64,000 nucleotides of DNA, from positions 6,541-70,540 of the IMG/VR virus record IMGVR_UViG_3300034760_000060; one strand, written 5' to 3'. Shown here in pieces: positions 35,478-45,385 of this stretch; positions within the stretch are counted from its first letter, which is position 1; the number at the start of each line of letters is the position of its first letter. This stretch comes from a virus. The position numbers were made by a program, and so were the translations under genes. The notes under the pieces are model-generated. The model was not told the origin of the DNA, made no database searches, and was given only the letters and a program-made list of their open reading frames with translations.

Positions 35478-36920
35478 ATGACCGACGCCGTACGCAAGAT
35501 TTCTGACGAGGCGGCTGCGCTGCACCAGCATTGCGACCTGATTGATGCACTCCTGGGCGGCACCTGCGCTATGCGGGCAGCCGGCAAGACTTATATGCCT
35601 CAGTGGCCCAACGAGGATGATGAGAGCTACAGGCTGCGCCTCGCTGTGGCCACGCTGTTCCCTGCCTATGCTCGCACCGTCGAAGTGCTGGGCGCCAAGC
35701 CATTCTCGAAGCCTGTCACCTTGGGCGAGGACGTTCCAGCGCGTGTGAAACTCTGGTGCGAGGACATCGACCGCGCGGGCCGCAACCTGCATTCCTTCCT
35801 GGCTGAGGTAGGGCAGGAGGCGCTGGGCTACGGCTTCAGTGGCATCTTGGTGGACTATCCGCCGACGCGCGACGAAGAGGGGCGTCCACTCTATGTGACC
35901 AAGGCGGACGAAGATAAAGCCGGCGTGCGGCCGTACATGGTGCATATTCACCCGCGCAATATCCTCGGCTGGCTCAGCGACGCTGCGGGCCTGACGCAGC
36001 TGCGGTTGCTGGAGTCGGTCTCTGTGCCGGATGGCGAGTTCGCCAAAAAGGATGTCGAGCAGGTGCGTGTGCTGCGTCGGGGCGGCTGGGAGACCTGGCG
36101 CCAGCGCGAGGCCGGCGGGAAAAAAGAATGGGTGTCGTTTGCAAAGGGTCTTATCACCCTGGCCGAAATCCCATTCACGCCTGTCTATGGCAATCGTCTC
36201 GGCTTCATGCGGGCGCGACCGGCGCTGCTCGAACTGGCATATGCCAACGTCGAGCATTGGCAATCGAAGTCGGATCAGCAGAACATCCTGCACGTCGCGC
36301 GGGTGCCGATCTTGTTTGCGAAGATGCTGGGCGAGAGCCCCATCACTGTCGGGGCCGGCAGCGCTGTCAAGTCGGAATGTCCCGATGGCGATATGAAATT
36401 CGTTGAGCACAGCGGCGCGGCCATCGAGGCCGGTCGGGTATCCATCCTCGACTTGGAAGATCGCATGCGCCAAGCCGGCGCCGAATTGCTGGTGATCAAG
36501 CCTGGCAATACGACCGAATCGCAGACCCTGGCCGACAACGAGCAAGGCGCGTGCGCGCTGCAGAAGGTCGCCCAGAACATCGAGGACAGCGGCGATCGTG
36601 CCTTGCAGCACGTGGCGGAGTTGGGGAGCGAAGCCCAGGGCGGGCACATCACGATCTATAAAGACTTCGGCGCCGCCACCCTTGCTGAGGCCAGCGCAGA
36701 GCTGCTGTTCAAGAGTGCGACGTCGGGCAAGCTGTCCGCCGAAAGCTATTTCAACGAACTGCAGCGCCGCGGCATCATCTCCCCCGATCTTGACTGGGAC
36801 GAGGAGCAGAAGCGCATCGAGGAGGACAAGGCGAAGGCCGACAAGCCAGAGTTCGATGTCCTGATGCCAGCCGCGCCGACGAAGCCGGGCACCAAGCCTA
36901 ATCCGGTACCGCCAGCATGA
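35478..36920 (+). CDS. Portal protein (DUF4055-like)
   Basis: Follows terL; YLPQW-like motif YRLRLAVATLFP, LLELA...HWQSKSD. Confidence 0.85.
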   Translation: MTDAVRKISDEAAALHQHCDLIDALLGGTCAMRAAGKTYMPQWPNEDDESYRLRLAVATLFPAYARTVEVLGAKPFSKPVTLGEDVPARVKLWCEDIDRAGRNLHSFLAEVGQEALGYGFSGILVDYPPTRDEEGRPLYVTKADEDKAGVRPYMVHIHPRNILGWLSDAAGLTQLRLLESVSVPDGEFAKKDVEQVRVLRRGGWETWRQREAGGKKEWVSFAKGLITLAEIPFTPVYGNRLGFMRARPALLELAYANVEHWQSKSDQQNILHVARVPILFAKMLGESPITVGAGSAVKSECPDGDMKFVEHSGAAIEAGRVSILDLEDRMRQAGAELLVIKPGNTTESQTLADNEQGACALQKVAQNIEDSGDRALQHVAELGSEAQGGHITIYKDFGAATLAEASAELLFKSATSGKLSAESYFNELQRRGIISPDLDWDEEQKRIEEDKAKADKPEFDVLMPAAPTKPGTKPNPVPPA

Positions 36921-37972
36921 GCGCGCTTGAGCAGTGGTTGATGGACTTGCTCATCGAGCACAACGTCCTGATGCTGCGCGCCGAGGCTCGAATCAAGGCC
37001 AAGGTGCTCGCGCTGCTGATCCTGCTGCAGAAGGACGTGGTCGGCGTGCTGGCCAATGCGCCAGCGCTGTCCGAGCTGGGCAAGGCGGGCAAGAATGCCT
37101 TGCTGCGCGAATCAAATGTGTTGATCGCTGACTACTACGGCCGGGCCCAGCTGGTGGTCGACCTGGGCGCGGTTGCCGAGGTCGAGGCGCTTGGCGTGCG
37201 GTCCGCGCTGTCGACCGTGATCGAAGGCCGTCTTGGCGTGGGCATGCCGACCGAGGGCTACTTGCGCACGCTGGTCAGCGACACCCTGGTGCAGGGCTCG
37301 CCGGCGAAGGCTTGGTGGTTGCGCCAGCAGCAGGACACCGCGTTCAAGTTGGCGACCCAGATACGCATCGGTGCCGCGCAGGGCGAAACGAACGCGCAGA
37401 TCGTTGCGCGCGTGATCGGCACCGACGAGTTCCCCGGCGTGATATCCAAAGCCCGCGCGAACGTAGCGGCGATCGTCCAGACCAGCATGCAGACCGTGGC
37501 CGCCGAGGCGCGCCGCGCCACGTTCCAGCTGAATGCAGACCTGATGACGGGCATTGAGCAGGTATCGACGATGGACGGGCACACCAGCCCGATGTGCATC
37601 GCCTACAGCGGCGCGCAGTGGGATCTGGACTACGAGCCGATGGGCGAGAACGATCTTCCGTACAACGGTGGCGTGCCCCGGCACTTCAACTGCAGGTCGA
37701 CCGAAATCGCGGTGATGAAGACGTTCCGCGAGATGGGCATCGACCTGGACGAGCCGGCAGAGGGCACGCGTGCATCGTCAAGCGGGCCGATTTCAGCCAA
37801 GACGACGTTTGCCGAGTACCTGACCATGAAGGGCGCCGACTACCAGAACGAGGTGCTTGGCCCGGGCCGCGCTGCGCTGTTCCGCGAGGGCAAGCTGACG
37901 CCGCGCGACCTGGTCAACATGGACGGTCGGCCGCTGAAGCTGTCTGCCCTCAAGGAGATGTATTCGCAGTAG
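36917..37972 (+). CDS. Head morphogenesis/minor capsid protein (SPP1 gp7/Mu F-like)
   Basis: STMDGHTSPMC...PRHFNCRST. Confidence 0.9.
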   Translation: MSALEQWLMDLLIEHNVLMLRAEARIKAKVLALLILLQKDVVGVLANAPALSELGKAGKNALLRESNVLIADYYGRAQLVVDLGAVAEVEALGVRSALSTVIEGRLGVGMPTEGYLRTLVSDTLVQGSPAKAWWLRQQQDTAFKLATQIRIGAAQGETNAQIVARVIGTDEFPGVISKARANVAAIVQTSMQTVAAEARRATFQLNADLMTGIEQVSTMDGHTSPMCIAYSGAQWDLDYEPMGENDLPYNGGVPRHFNCRSTEIAVMKTFREMGIDLDEPAEGTRASSSGPISAKTTFAEYLTMKGADYQNEVLGPGRAALFREGKLTPRDLVNMDGRPLKLSALKEMYSQ

Positions 37973-37986
37973 GGTAGAATCGGCGA

Positions 37987-38202
37987 ATGACCTTCGATCC
38001 GAAATCCCTGCTGAAATCGCCGACGCCGCTGGCGCCACCTAAACCCATGACCATCGACGACCTGGCAGCCAAGCTGGCGCAGATATCAGCGATCGGCATG
38101 GGTGGCGCGCTGGTTGCGCTGCCTGACGGGCGGGCGGTAACTGTGGTTGATCTGGTGGCACATGGCGAGGTGCCGGCGCATTTTGTCGTAACGCATAAAT
38201 AG
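37987..38202 (+). CDS. Hypothetical protein
   Basis: 71 aa, followed by a terminator. Confidence 0.6.
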   Translation: MTFDPKSLLKSPTPLAPPKPMTIDDLAAKLAQISAIGMGGALVALPDGRAVTVVDLVAHGEVPAHFVVTHK

Positions 38203-38270
38203 ACGACAAATTATTCCCAAAATTATTCTAGCTCGCTTCGGCGGGCTTTTTTTACGCCCGGAGTAGCTGA

Positions 38271-38681
38271 ATGCCCTATGTGCTGACCATACTCGCCGTT
38301 GCGTGGGCCGCCTGGGCGGGCGCCAACTTGGCCGCCTTGATCCTGGCTGCACTGCTTGTACGCCCGAACCAACCGTGCTTCAACGGCTTCAAGATAGTGA
38401 TGCCGGCCTGGCTGGGCCAAGTGCTGACGCCGGCAGAAGTCGTCGCAGTGCTCGAACATGAGCGCGGACACCGGCGCCACCTGCATATCTGGACCAACCT
38501 GGCGCTGACCTGCTGCTTCGTGTCGATCAGCGTCGCACGTCACCGCCGGCTGGAGTTCGAGGCAGACGACTACGCCGCGCGCGGTGGGCATGCGCCGGCC
38601 CTGGCCTCGGCACTCGACAAGATGTCGGCCCACCGGCTGGACATCGAGCGGGCCGAGCGCCTGCGCAACCTATATCCCTGA
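38271..38681 (+). CDS. Membrane-anchored M48/M56-like zinc metallopeptidase
   Basis: N-terminal TM, VLEHERGH (HExxH), EFEADDYA, LASALDKM. Confidence 0.8.
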   Translation: MPYVLTILAVAWAAWAGANLAALILAALLVRPNQPCFNGFKIVMPAWLGQVLTPAEVVAVLEHERGHRRHLHIWTNLALTCCFVSISVARHRRLEFEADDYAARGGHAPALASALDKMSAHRLDIERAERLRNLYP

Positions 38682-38815
38682 CCCGGCACGCCGGGCAACA
38701 ATTTCACGAGGACACCCGGGCGACTAGGTGGCCTTTTTCATTGCCGCTAGCGGACGCGACGCGGCGCACGGCCGGAAGGCCATTTAAACGGGCGGATGCC
38801 CAGAAAGTCCAGACC

Positions 38816-39628
38816 ATGCCATTCAAATTCAATGCAGACGGAACCATCGCAATCGACGCCGATAAGAAGTTGCCGATTTTCATCCACCCCAACGGTACTG
38901 AAGCGCCATTTGACGCAGATACCACGCTGGGCACGATCACACGGCTGAACGGCGAGGCGAAGACGCACCGCGAAGGTAAGGAGGCTGCCGAAGCAAAGCT
39001 GAAGACCTTCGAAGGCATTGATGATGGCGTCGCTGCGCTGGCGGCGTTGAACACCGTGAAGAGCCTCAGCTCGGGCGAGCTCAAGACCGCCGCTCAGGTC
39101 AAGGAAATCCAGGATGCTGCGGCGAAGACTGCCCAGGACCAGGTTGCCGCGCAAGCGAAGACCAGTGCGACCCAACTGCAGGATCTGACCGCCCAGCTGG
39201 AAAAGCGCACGCAGGAACTGAACAACCACATGATCGGCGGAGGCTTCACGAGTTCGAAACTGTTCTCCGAAGAAGCTAAGCACCCAAGCCGCTTGGCGAT
39301 CCCACCGGAAATGGCGCGCGCGTACTTCGGCAACAACTTCAAGGTCGAGGACGGCAAGATGGTTCCGTATGATGCGGCCGGCAACAAAATCTTTTCGCCT
39401 ACCCGCCCAGGCGAGATCGCTGACTTCGACGAGGGTTTGGCGCAGTTGGTAGCCGCTTGCCCATTCAAGGAAAAGATCCTGGCGAGCTCCGGCGCTTCCG
39501 GCGGCGGCGCCCAGGGCGGTAGCGGCGGTGCTGCTGGCACCAAGCAAGTCACTCGCGCCCAGTTCGATGCGGCCGACCCTTCCGCGCGCGCCGGACTGAT
39601 GAGCGGCGGCGCCGTACTCGTCGACTGA
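38816..39628 (+). CDS. Capsid scaffolding protein
   Basis: Coiled-coil, Gly-rich SGGGAQG tail, directly before the capsid gene. Confidence 0.8.
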   Translation: MPFKFNADGTIAIDADKKLPIFIHPNGTEAPFDADTTLGTITRLNGEAKTHREGKEAAEAKLKTFEGIDDGVAALAALNTVKSLSSGELKTAAQVKEIQDAAAKTAQDQVAAQAKTSATQLQDLTAQLEKRTQELNNHMIGGGFTSSKLFSEEAKHPSRLAIPPEMARAYFGNNFKVEDGKMVPYDAAGNKIFSPTRPGEIADFDEGLAQLVAACPFKEKILASSGASGGGAQGGSGGAAGTKQVTRAQFDAADPSARAGLMSGGAVLVD

Positions 39629-39649
39629 TTACCTGCAACACCGTATGAA

Positions 39650-39673
39650 GCCCGCCGCGTGCGGGCTTTTTTG
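39650..39673 (+). terminator. Intrinsic terminator
   Basis: GCCCGC-CGCGT-GCGGGC-TTTTTT. Confidence 0.75.
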
Positions 39674-39785
39674 TATCCGTTTCACCGTATCGCAATAGCC
39701 GCAACCTGGATGGGAAGTGGTGCTTTGGGCTGGATGGCCTGTCTGTTCGAAAACTCAAATCACTCACTTAAAAGGCAATACCCAA

Positions 39786-41117
39786 ATGAAAAAGATTTTC
39801 ATGATCGTCCTGGCACTCGCCGCCATGGCTACCAGCTCGGCAGTCCAAGCGGCGACCGCCGTGGCCTGCAAAGCCGAGCACGTCACCCGTAGCGCGGCGG
39901 ATTTCGTGCTCGCCCACCTGTGGAGCTATTCGGTCAGCACCGGCATGGCGCTGGGCGCGAACACCCTGACCGGCCTGATCACCTCGATCTACAACGCGAT
40001 GGACGTCGTGTCGCGCGAGCAGGTTGGCATGATCCCGGCGGTGACTTCCGACATGACTTTCGCCCGTGCGGCCGTCGGCCAGGTCGTGACGTCGCCAGTC
40101 GCGCCAGCAGCAACCGCCTCGGACATTACCCCAGCCGTGACGCCGCCGAATGATGGCGACCAGAACATCGGCAACAAGTCGGTGACGATCACCAAGGCGC
40201 GCCGCGTTCCGATCCGCTGGAACGGCGAAGAAAAGCTCGCCCTCGACAACAATGGCGCCAGCTACAACGTCATCCTGCGCGACCAGATCGCCCAAGCGAT
40301 GCGCACGCTGTGCAACGAAGTCGAGTCCGACCTGGCTGGCCTGCACGTCAAAGCATCGCGCGCTTACGGTACGCCCGGCACCGCGCCGTTCGGCACCGCA
40401 AACGACCTGAGCGACACCGCTGGCGCATTGCGCATCCTCGAAGACAACGGCGCCGCCGGCCTGGACTTCCAGTTGGTTCTGGGCAGCGCCGCGATGCAGA
40501 ACATGCGCGGCAAGCAGTCGGGCCTGTTCAAGGTGAACGAGTCCGGCCGTGAAGACATGCTGCGCAACGGCATCACCGATCGCCTGCAGAACTTCGCGCT
40601 GCGCCAGTCCGGACAGATCAAGCGCCCAGCGAAAGGCACTGCGGCCGGCGCGACCACCAACGCGGCGGGCTACGCCTTCGGTGCAACGGTAATCACCCTG
40701 GCTGCAGCCGGTACCGGTTCGCTGATCGCTGGCGATGTCATCACGTTCGCAGGCGACACCAACCAGTACGTGGTGTCGAGCGGCGATGCCAGCACGGCTG
40801 ATGCCGGCACCATTACCATCGCGGCACCTGGCCTGATGCAAGCCATCCCGGCCGCAGCTACCGCCATCGCCGTGGCGAACGTCGGCAACCGCAACATGTT
40901 CTTCGCTCGCTCGTCCATCGTGCTGGCGACCCGTGTACCGGCGCTGCCGGCGCAAGGCGATTCGGCGGTCGACCGCACCATCGTGACTGACCCGGTCTCG
41001 GGCCTGTCGTTCGAGATCAGCATGTACATGCAGTACCGCCAGGTGCAGCTCGAAGTCGCGCTGGTCTGGGGCGTCGGCGCTGCGAAAGACGAGCACATCG
41101 GCATCCTGCTGGGCTAA
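39786..41117 (+). CDS. Major capsid protein (P22 coat-like) with an N-terminal hydrophobic leader
   Basis: ANTLTGLITSIY...VVSRE core after a 53-aa leader; position after the scaffold gene. Confidence 0.9.
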   Translation: MKKIFMIVLALAAMATSSAVQAATAVACKAEHVTRSAADFVLAHLWSYSVSTGMALGANTLTGLITSIYNAMDVVSREQVGMIPAVTSDMTFARAAVGQVVTSPVAPAATASDITPAVTPPNDGDQNIGNKSVTITKARRVPIRWNGEEKLALDNNGASYNVILRDQIAQAMRTLCNEVESDLAGLHVKASRAYGTPGTAPFGTANDLSDTAGALRILEDNGAAGLDFQLVLGSAAMQNMRGKQSGLFKVNESGREDMLRNGITDRLQNFALRQSGQIKRPAKGTAAGATTNAAGYAFGATVITLAAAGTGSLIAGDVITFAGDTNQYVVSSGDASTADAGTITIAAPGLMQAIPAAATAIAVANVGNRNMFFARSSIVLATRVPALPAQGDSAVDRTIVTDPVSGLSFEISMYMQYRQVQLEVALVWGVGAAKDEHIGILLG

Positions 41118-41177
41118 TCGAACTGAACCCGGCCCGGCGCGCGCTTCGGCGTGCCCGGGCTATACCACGAGAACACC

Positions 41178-41558
41178 ATGACCTTCAAAATCAAATCGAC
41201 CGACCCGCGCAGCCAAGGCCCGTTCGTCGTGATCAACCGTGCCGACTTCAATCCGCAAGTGCATGAGCTGTACGGCGACGACAACGACCAAGCAGCGCTG
41301 GGCGAGCGCGTCCCCACCAAGGAAGAACTGCTGGCGGCGCACGAAGAGCTGGAACGCCGTGCCGCTACCGATGCGCGCAATGCGGCGGATCAGTTGACTC
41401 ACATCCAGAAGCTGCAAGCCGACCTCGATGCCAAAGCCGCCAACCTGGATAAGCAGGCCGCAGCCCAGGAAATCGAAGCACAGCGCCTGCGCGCTGAAGC
41501 CGCAAAGCAGGCCGAAGGCGCCGCCCCAATGAGGATGAAGGCCAGCAAACACGAGTAA
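41178..41558 (+). CDS. Hypothetical head-associated protein
   Basis: QGPFVVINRADFNPQVHELY then coiled coil. Confidence 0.75.
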   Translation: MTFKIKSTDPRSQGPFVVINRADFNPQVHELYGDDNDQAALGERVPTKEELLAAHEELERRAATDARNAADQLTHIQKLQADLDAKAANLDKQAAAQEIEAQRLRAEAAKQAEGAAPMRMKASKHE

Positions 41559-41584
41559 CACGATTCACGTCAGCACCAGTACCT

Positions 41585-41608
41585 GCCCGCCGTGCGCGGG
41601 CTTTTTTA
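41585..41608 (+). terminator. Intrinsic terminator
   Basis: GCCCGC-CGTGC-GCGGGC-TTTTTT. Confidence 0.7.
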
Positions 41609-41627
41609 CGTCCATACAAGGTAAAAC

Positions 41628-43499
41628 ATGACCACAATCGCCGCCGGCCAGCAGAGCACGATTTTAGTACCAAAGGGGCAAGTAATTTCCATTGTCGGGA
41701 TGGTTGGCGCCAGCGGCGTGGCATATCGCTTGAATCAAATTCTGGGGGGCACGAACTCGGTCCAGTCGTATCAGATCAGTTCTAGTCCGAGTGAGCCAAT
41801 TGGCCCATTCCCGAACTCGGAAAAATTCTTGATCACTTGCTCTGTAGGGGCAATCCTGGCCACTGTGGATGCCCCGGCTGCTGTCACCTATGATGCGTCG
41901 GGCCCGCTATTCACGCCCTTGACTCTGGGTAGGATAATCCCGCGTGGGCGCCTCGTAGTATGCGGGGATTCGCTCAGCCTTCATGGACAGCCGGGGCGCT
42001 GTGACCGGAATGCCCAGTTCCAATTCGCTACAACCACGGTCACGACGCCTGCGAATTTCGGCGGCCTGACCTGGATCGCCTACGGAATGGTTGATGGCCG
42101 GGCCAACGGTGGGGTCGCCCTCGCGAACGCAGGCACGCTGGCGAGTGATGCACAAGGACGTCTTTCATGGGCGTTTGCAGGCGATACCGCAGGGCCAGCT
42201 GTCGATGTGAGCACCGGTGGGTGGTTCTACCTAGAGAGCGGGACGCTGACACGCCACGGCATCACTGTTGTTGTGCGAGGCGCTACGGCGCCAGTGCTCA
42301 ACGCCAGCAGCGCCGTGCAGACGGCTGGAACGCCTGTGATCAACGACTACAATCTGACCGGTTTTGCCGCATACATCGCTGGCATGCTGGGCGATACGTT
42401 CAGCAGCTACGAAGCATGCGCAATTGCCGGCGCGACTACAGGGGATATTCTTAAGTTTTTGCCCCAGGCGTTCCAGCTGGGCACGGAGGTCGCCGTCATC
42501 ACTGCTGGCGTGAACGATCTGCCGACAACGAGCGCAGCATGTGTCGCAACGATCGCCAACCTCAAGAGCATCATCGATTTCGCGGCCAGCAAAGCGCGCT
42601 TCGTCTATGTAAACGAAATTTTCCCGGACATCCTTGCCACGCCGGCCATTGTTCGCAATCTGGCCTTGGTGTCGGAGGCGATCAAAAAATACTGCGCAAC
42701 GAAGAAAAACGTCCGGTTCGTCAGCTCGTTCGACAAGCTGATCGCGCCCAATGCATATGTTATCGGTAGCGGCGCGGGTGGCAGGCCGGGTGCGTACCAA
42801 GCCGACAACCTGCACCTCAAGCCATTCGGCGCGTATTGGGCAGGAAAGGGGATCGCCGACGCCATCGCAAAGGATTATGCAATCGAGCCTGGCGACCGGG
42901 GTACGGTGGCCACGTGGGATTCGACGCTGCAGCTGGGCTCGCTGAATTTGAACCCGACCCTGCGTGGCACTGCCGGCGCAGTTCCGGGCACCGGCATCAC
43001 CGGCACAGCGCCCGATAGCTGGTCGCTCAATCGCGCCGGGTCAACGCAGCTGTGCACCACCGCATTTGTTGCGGCGGCTGACGGCGGCATCGATTTCTGG
43101 ACGATGGATGTATCTGGCGCGACCGCAGGCGATTACAACGAGCTTTCGCAGAGCGTGCCGTTGCCTGCCGGCGTCGCCGTAGGCGATTACGTGCAGTTTG
43201 CTTGCGAGACGGTGGTGCTGACCACGTCCGGGGCTGGGCTCAATATCTTCAACGTGTACGCGGTTACCAATGGAAATCTTCAGTCGGCGTATCTGCTGCA
43301 GACGTCCCAGAACGTCGCAAACTTCACCACGGAAGCGCCGGTTCTGCACCATCGGTCGGAGCCGATGGAGATTCTTCCAGGGGTGACCTCCTTCGCCATG
43401 CGGGTGCGAGCGGGTGCCGCCGGCGCGAGCGCAGGCACGGGCAAGGTGGGAATCCGCAAGTTCCGCTTCGAGAAGTGCGCCGCGCCGGTGTACGCCTAA
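41628..43499 (+). CDS. SGNH/GDSL hydrolase with flanking beta-rich domains
   Basis: Block I GDSL, block II GATT, block III GVND, block V DNLH. Confidence 0.85.
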   Translation: MTTIAAGQQSTILVPKGQVISIVGMVGASGVAYRLNQILGGTNSVQSYQISSSPSEPIGPFPNSEKFLITCSVGAILATVDAPAAVTYDASGPLFTPLTLGRIIPRGRLVVCGDSLSLHGQPGRCDRNAQFQFATTTVTTPANFGGLTWIAYGMVDGRANGGVALANAGTLASDAQGRLSWAFAGDTAGPAVDVSTGGWFYLESGTLTRHGITVVVRGATAPVLNASSAVQTAGTPVINDYNLTGFAAYIAGMLGDTFSSYEACAIAGATTGDILKFLPQAFQLGTEVAVITAGVNDLPTTSAACVATIANLKSIIDFAASKARFVYVNEIFPDILATPAIVRNLALVSEAIKKYCATKKNVRFVSSFDKLIAPNAYVIGSGAGGRPGAYQADNLHLKPFGAYWAGKGIADAIAKDYAIEPGDRGTVATWDSTLQLGSLNLNPTLRGTAGAVPGTGITGTAPDSWSLNRAGSTQLCTTAFVAAADGGIDFWTMDVSGATAGDYNELSQSVPLPAGVAVGDYVQFACETVVLTTSGAGLNIFNVYAVTNGNLQSAYLLQTSQNVANFTTEAPVLHHRSEPMEILPGVTSFAMRVRAGAAGASAGTGKVGIRKFRFEKCAAPVYA

Positions 43500-43525
43500 T
43501 CAACATCGAAATTCGAAAGACGCAC

Positions 43526-44041
43526 ATGAGCTTGATCGTTGAAGACGGTACCGGCCTGGCCGGCGCTGAGTCGTATGCCAGCGTTGTCGCAGCGGATGCG
43601 CGGCTCGGTGGCCTCGGTAACGCTGACTGGGTAGCGCTGACGGTGGCGAACAAGGAGATCGCGCTGCGGAAGGCGGCGATCTTCTTGGGAATCTATCGCA
43701 CGCGCTGGGCCGGCCGCCGGATGTATCAGCACCAGGCGCTGGACTGGCCGCGCTACGGCGTGGTGGTCGACGGCTTCCCGGTGCTCAGTACCGTAGTGCC
43801 GGTCGACGTCGTGAAGGCATGCATTGATTTGGCCGCGCGCTCTAGCGCCGGCGAGGATCTGATGCCTGACCTCGACCTGGGCTCGAACGTGATCAAGAAG
43901 GACAAAACCGGACCTCTGGAAACAGAGTACTTCCAGAACACCACGGATGTGCGCGAGCGCTTCGTCGCCGTCGACGCGCTCCTGGCGCCGTACCTGGGCA
44001 CGGCCAGCGGTTCGAACTCAATCAAGCTGGTACGGGGATGA
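43526..44041 (+). CDS. Head-tail adaptor (DnaT-like phage family)
   Basis: MSLIVEDGTGLAGAESYASV...QALDWPR. Confidence 0.8.
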   Translation: MSLIVEDGTGLAGAESYASVVAADARLGGLGNADWVALTVANKEIALRKAAIFLGIYRTRWAGRRMYQHQALDWPRYGVVVDGFPVLSTVVPVDVVKACIDLAARSSAGEDLMPDLDLGSNVIKKDKTGPLETEYFQNTTDVRERFVAVDALLAPYLGTASGSNSIKLVRG

Positions 44042-44517
44042 AACATCCATTGCGCAAGCCCGTGCGCCGGGTTCGCACGAAGCGTGAGTATGCGCCCACA
44101 CGATCTGCAATTGCTCGACACTTTACCGCCTACCCGGTCATTGGCCTGCCATTTAAGGTACGCGTCTACATTTCGCCGACCAGGCGCCACATGCAAAAAG
44201 CCGCCGAGTTCATCACCGGCTTTCCAGATCCGGAAGATTTTCATGGGATGGTGCGGCACTACATGAGCAAGGTGACCGGGCGTTACGTTGTGCGCCCGCG
44301 GCACGTTGTTGCCGATATGTTCCTGAATGCCTCCGATCTGCGCCATAACGCGAATGAAATCATTGCGCACGAATGCGGGCACGCTGGAATGGCGTGGGCC
44401 CGCCTTTGCAAGGCCAACTTGTCGACGATGGATGGTGAAGAGGTGTTGTGCTATGCGATCGGCGTACTACACAAGCAAATCATTGGCTTCGGCTATGGCA
44501 TGGGGATCTGGAAATGA
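44038..44517 (+). CDS. Hypothetical HExxH metalloprotein
   Basis: IIAHECGHA...EEVLCY. Confidence 0.65.
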   Translation: MKHPLRKPVRRVRTKREYAPTRSAIARHFTAYPVIGLPFKVRVYISPTRRHMQKAAEFITGFPDPEDFHGMVRHYMSKVTGRYVVRPRHVVADMFLNASDLRHNANEIIAHECGHAGMAWARLCKANLSTMDGEEVLCYAIGVLHKQIIGFGYGMGIWK

Positions 44518-44891
44518 CCGACTACACCAAGACCGCCGCGCGCGCTGACCAGTCGCTGCGCCGCAAGGGCGGCACCGTGGTGCTGCGCCGGGTGCTGGCT
44601 GGGACTTACGATCCGAGCACCGGTACCGGCACCGACGCCAGCACCATCGACTACGACGGCACCGGCGTTAAGTTCGGCTACAAGGCTGAGGATATCGATG
44701 GCACGCTGATCAAGGCCGGCGATCAGCAGCTTTTGCTGTCTCCGCTCCAGCGTAACGGAATGCCGATGCCAAAGCCCTCGACCTCGGACCTAATGCTGAT
44801 CGGACCGAAGACCTACACCATTGAATCAAACGGTGAGGTCGAGCCGACTGACGTGCCTGTGCTGTTCACGCTGCAGCTGCGAGGTGTTTGA
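44514..44891 (+). CDS. Head closure/stopper protein
   Basis: YDPSTG...IDGTLIKAGD. Confidence 0.75.
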   Translation: MTDYTKTAARADQSLRRKGGTVVLRRVLAGTYDPSTGTGTDASTIDYDGTGVKFGYKAEDIDGTLIKAGDQQLLLSPLQRNGMPMPKPSTSDLMLIGPKTYTIESNGEVEPTDVPVLFTLQLRGV

Positions 44892-45385
44892 TGGCCGGCA
44901 AATCGTTCTCGCTCCAGATCGCGGCGTTCATCGCGAAGACCAAAGCGAATCAGGACCTGGCAGTGCGCGCCATCCTGATGAAGATCGACGGCCGGCTGGT
45001 CCAGCGCTCGCCGGTGGGTGACGCCACCTATTGGCAGCACGCGCCACCGAAGGGCTACACCGGTGGCCGTTTTCGTGGCAACTGGCAACTATCCATCGGA
45101 TCGCCAGCGTCCGGACCGGTCGACCTGGTGGACAAGACCGGCAGCGCGACCTTGGCTGCGCACGCCGGCACCATCGGCACCGCCAAGGCTGGCCAAGTCT
45201 TCTACCTGGTGAACAACCTCCCGTACGCCAAGCGAATCGAGGAGGGCTGGTCCCGCCAGGCGCCCGTCGGCTTGGTAGCCTTGACCGTGGTGGAGTTCCG
45301 CACGATCGTGGATGACGCGGTGAACGGCGTGCGCGCCGGCACAAGCGCCCAGGACTTCTCACAAGGATTCTCGACCTACTCATGA
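44891..45385 (+). CDS. HK97 gp10-like tail completion protein
   Basis: SPVG...GRFRGNW...NNLPYAKRIEEGWSRQAP. Confidence 0.85.
   Translation: MAGKSFSLQIAAFIAKTKANQDLAVRAILMKIDGRLVQRSPVGDATYWQHAPPKGYTGGRFRGNWQLSIGSPASGPVDLVDKTGSATLAAHAGTIGTAKAGQVFYLVNNLPYAKRIEEGWSRQAPVGLVALTVVEFRTIVDDAVNGVRAGTSAQDFSQGFSTYS

Noticed and set aside
34231-41096. Long antisense ORFs opposite terminase, portal and capsid genes
   Set aside because: Same shadow-ORF artefact. Unlike the nested MTase frame, they carry no family motif
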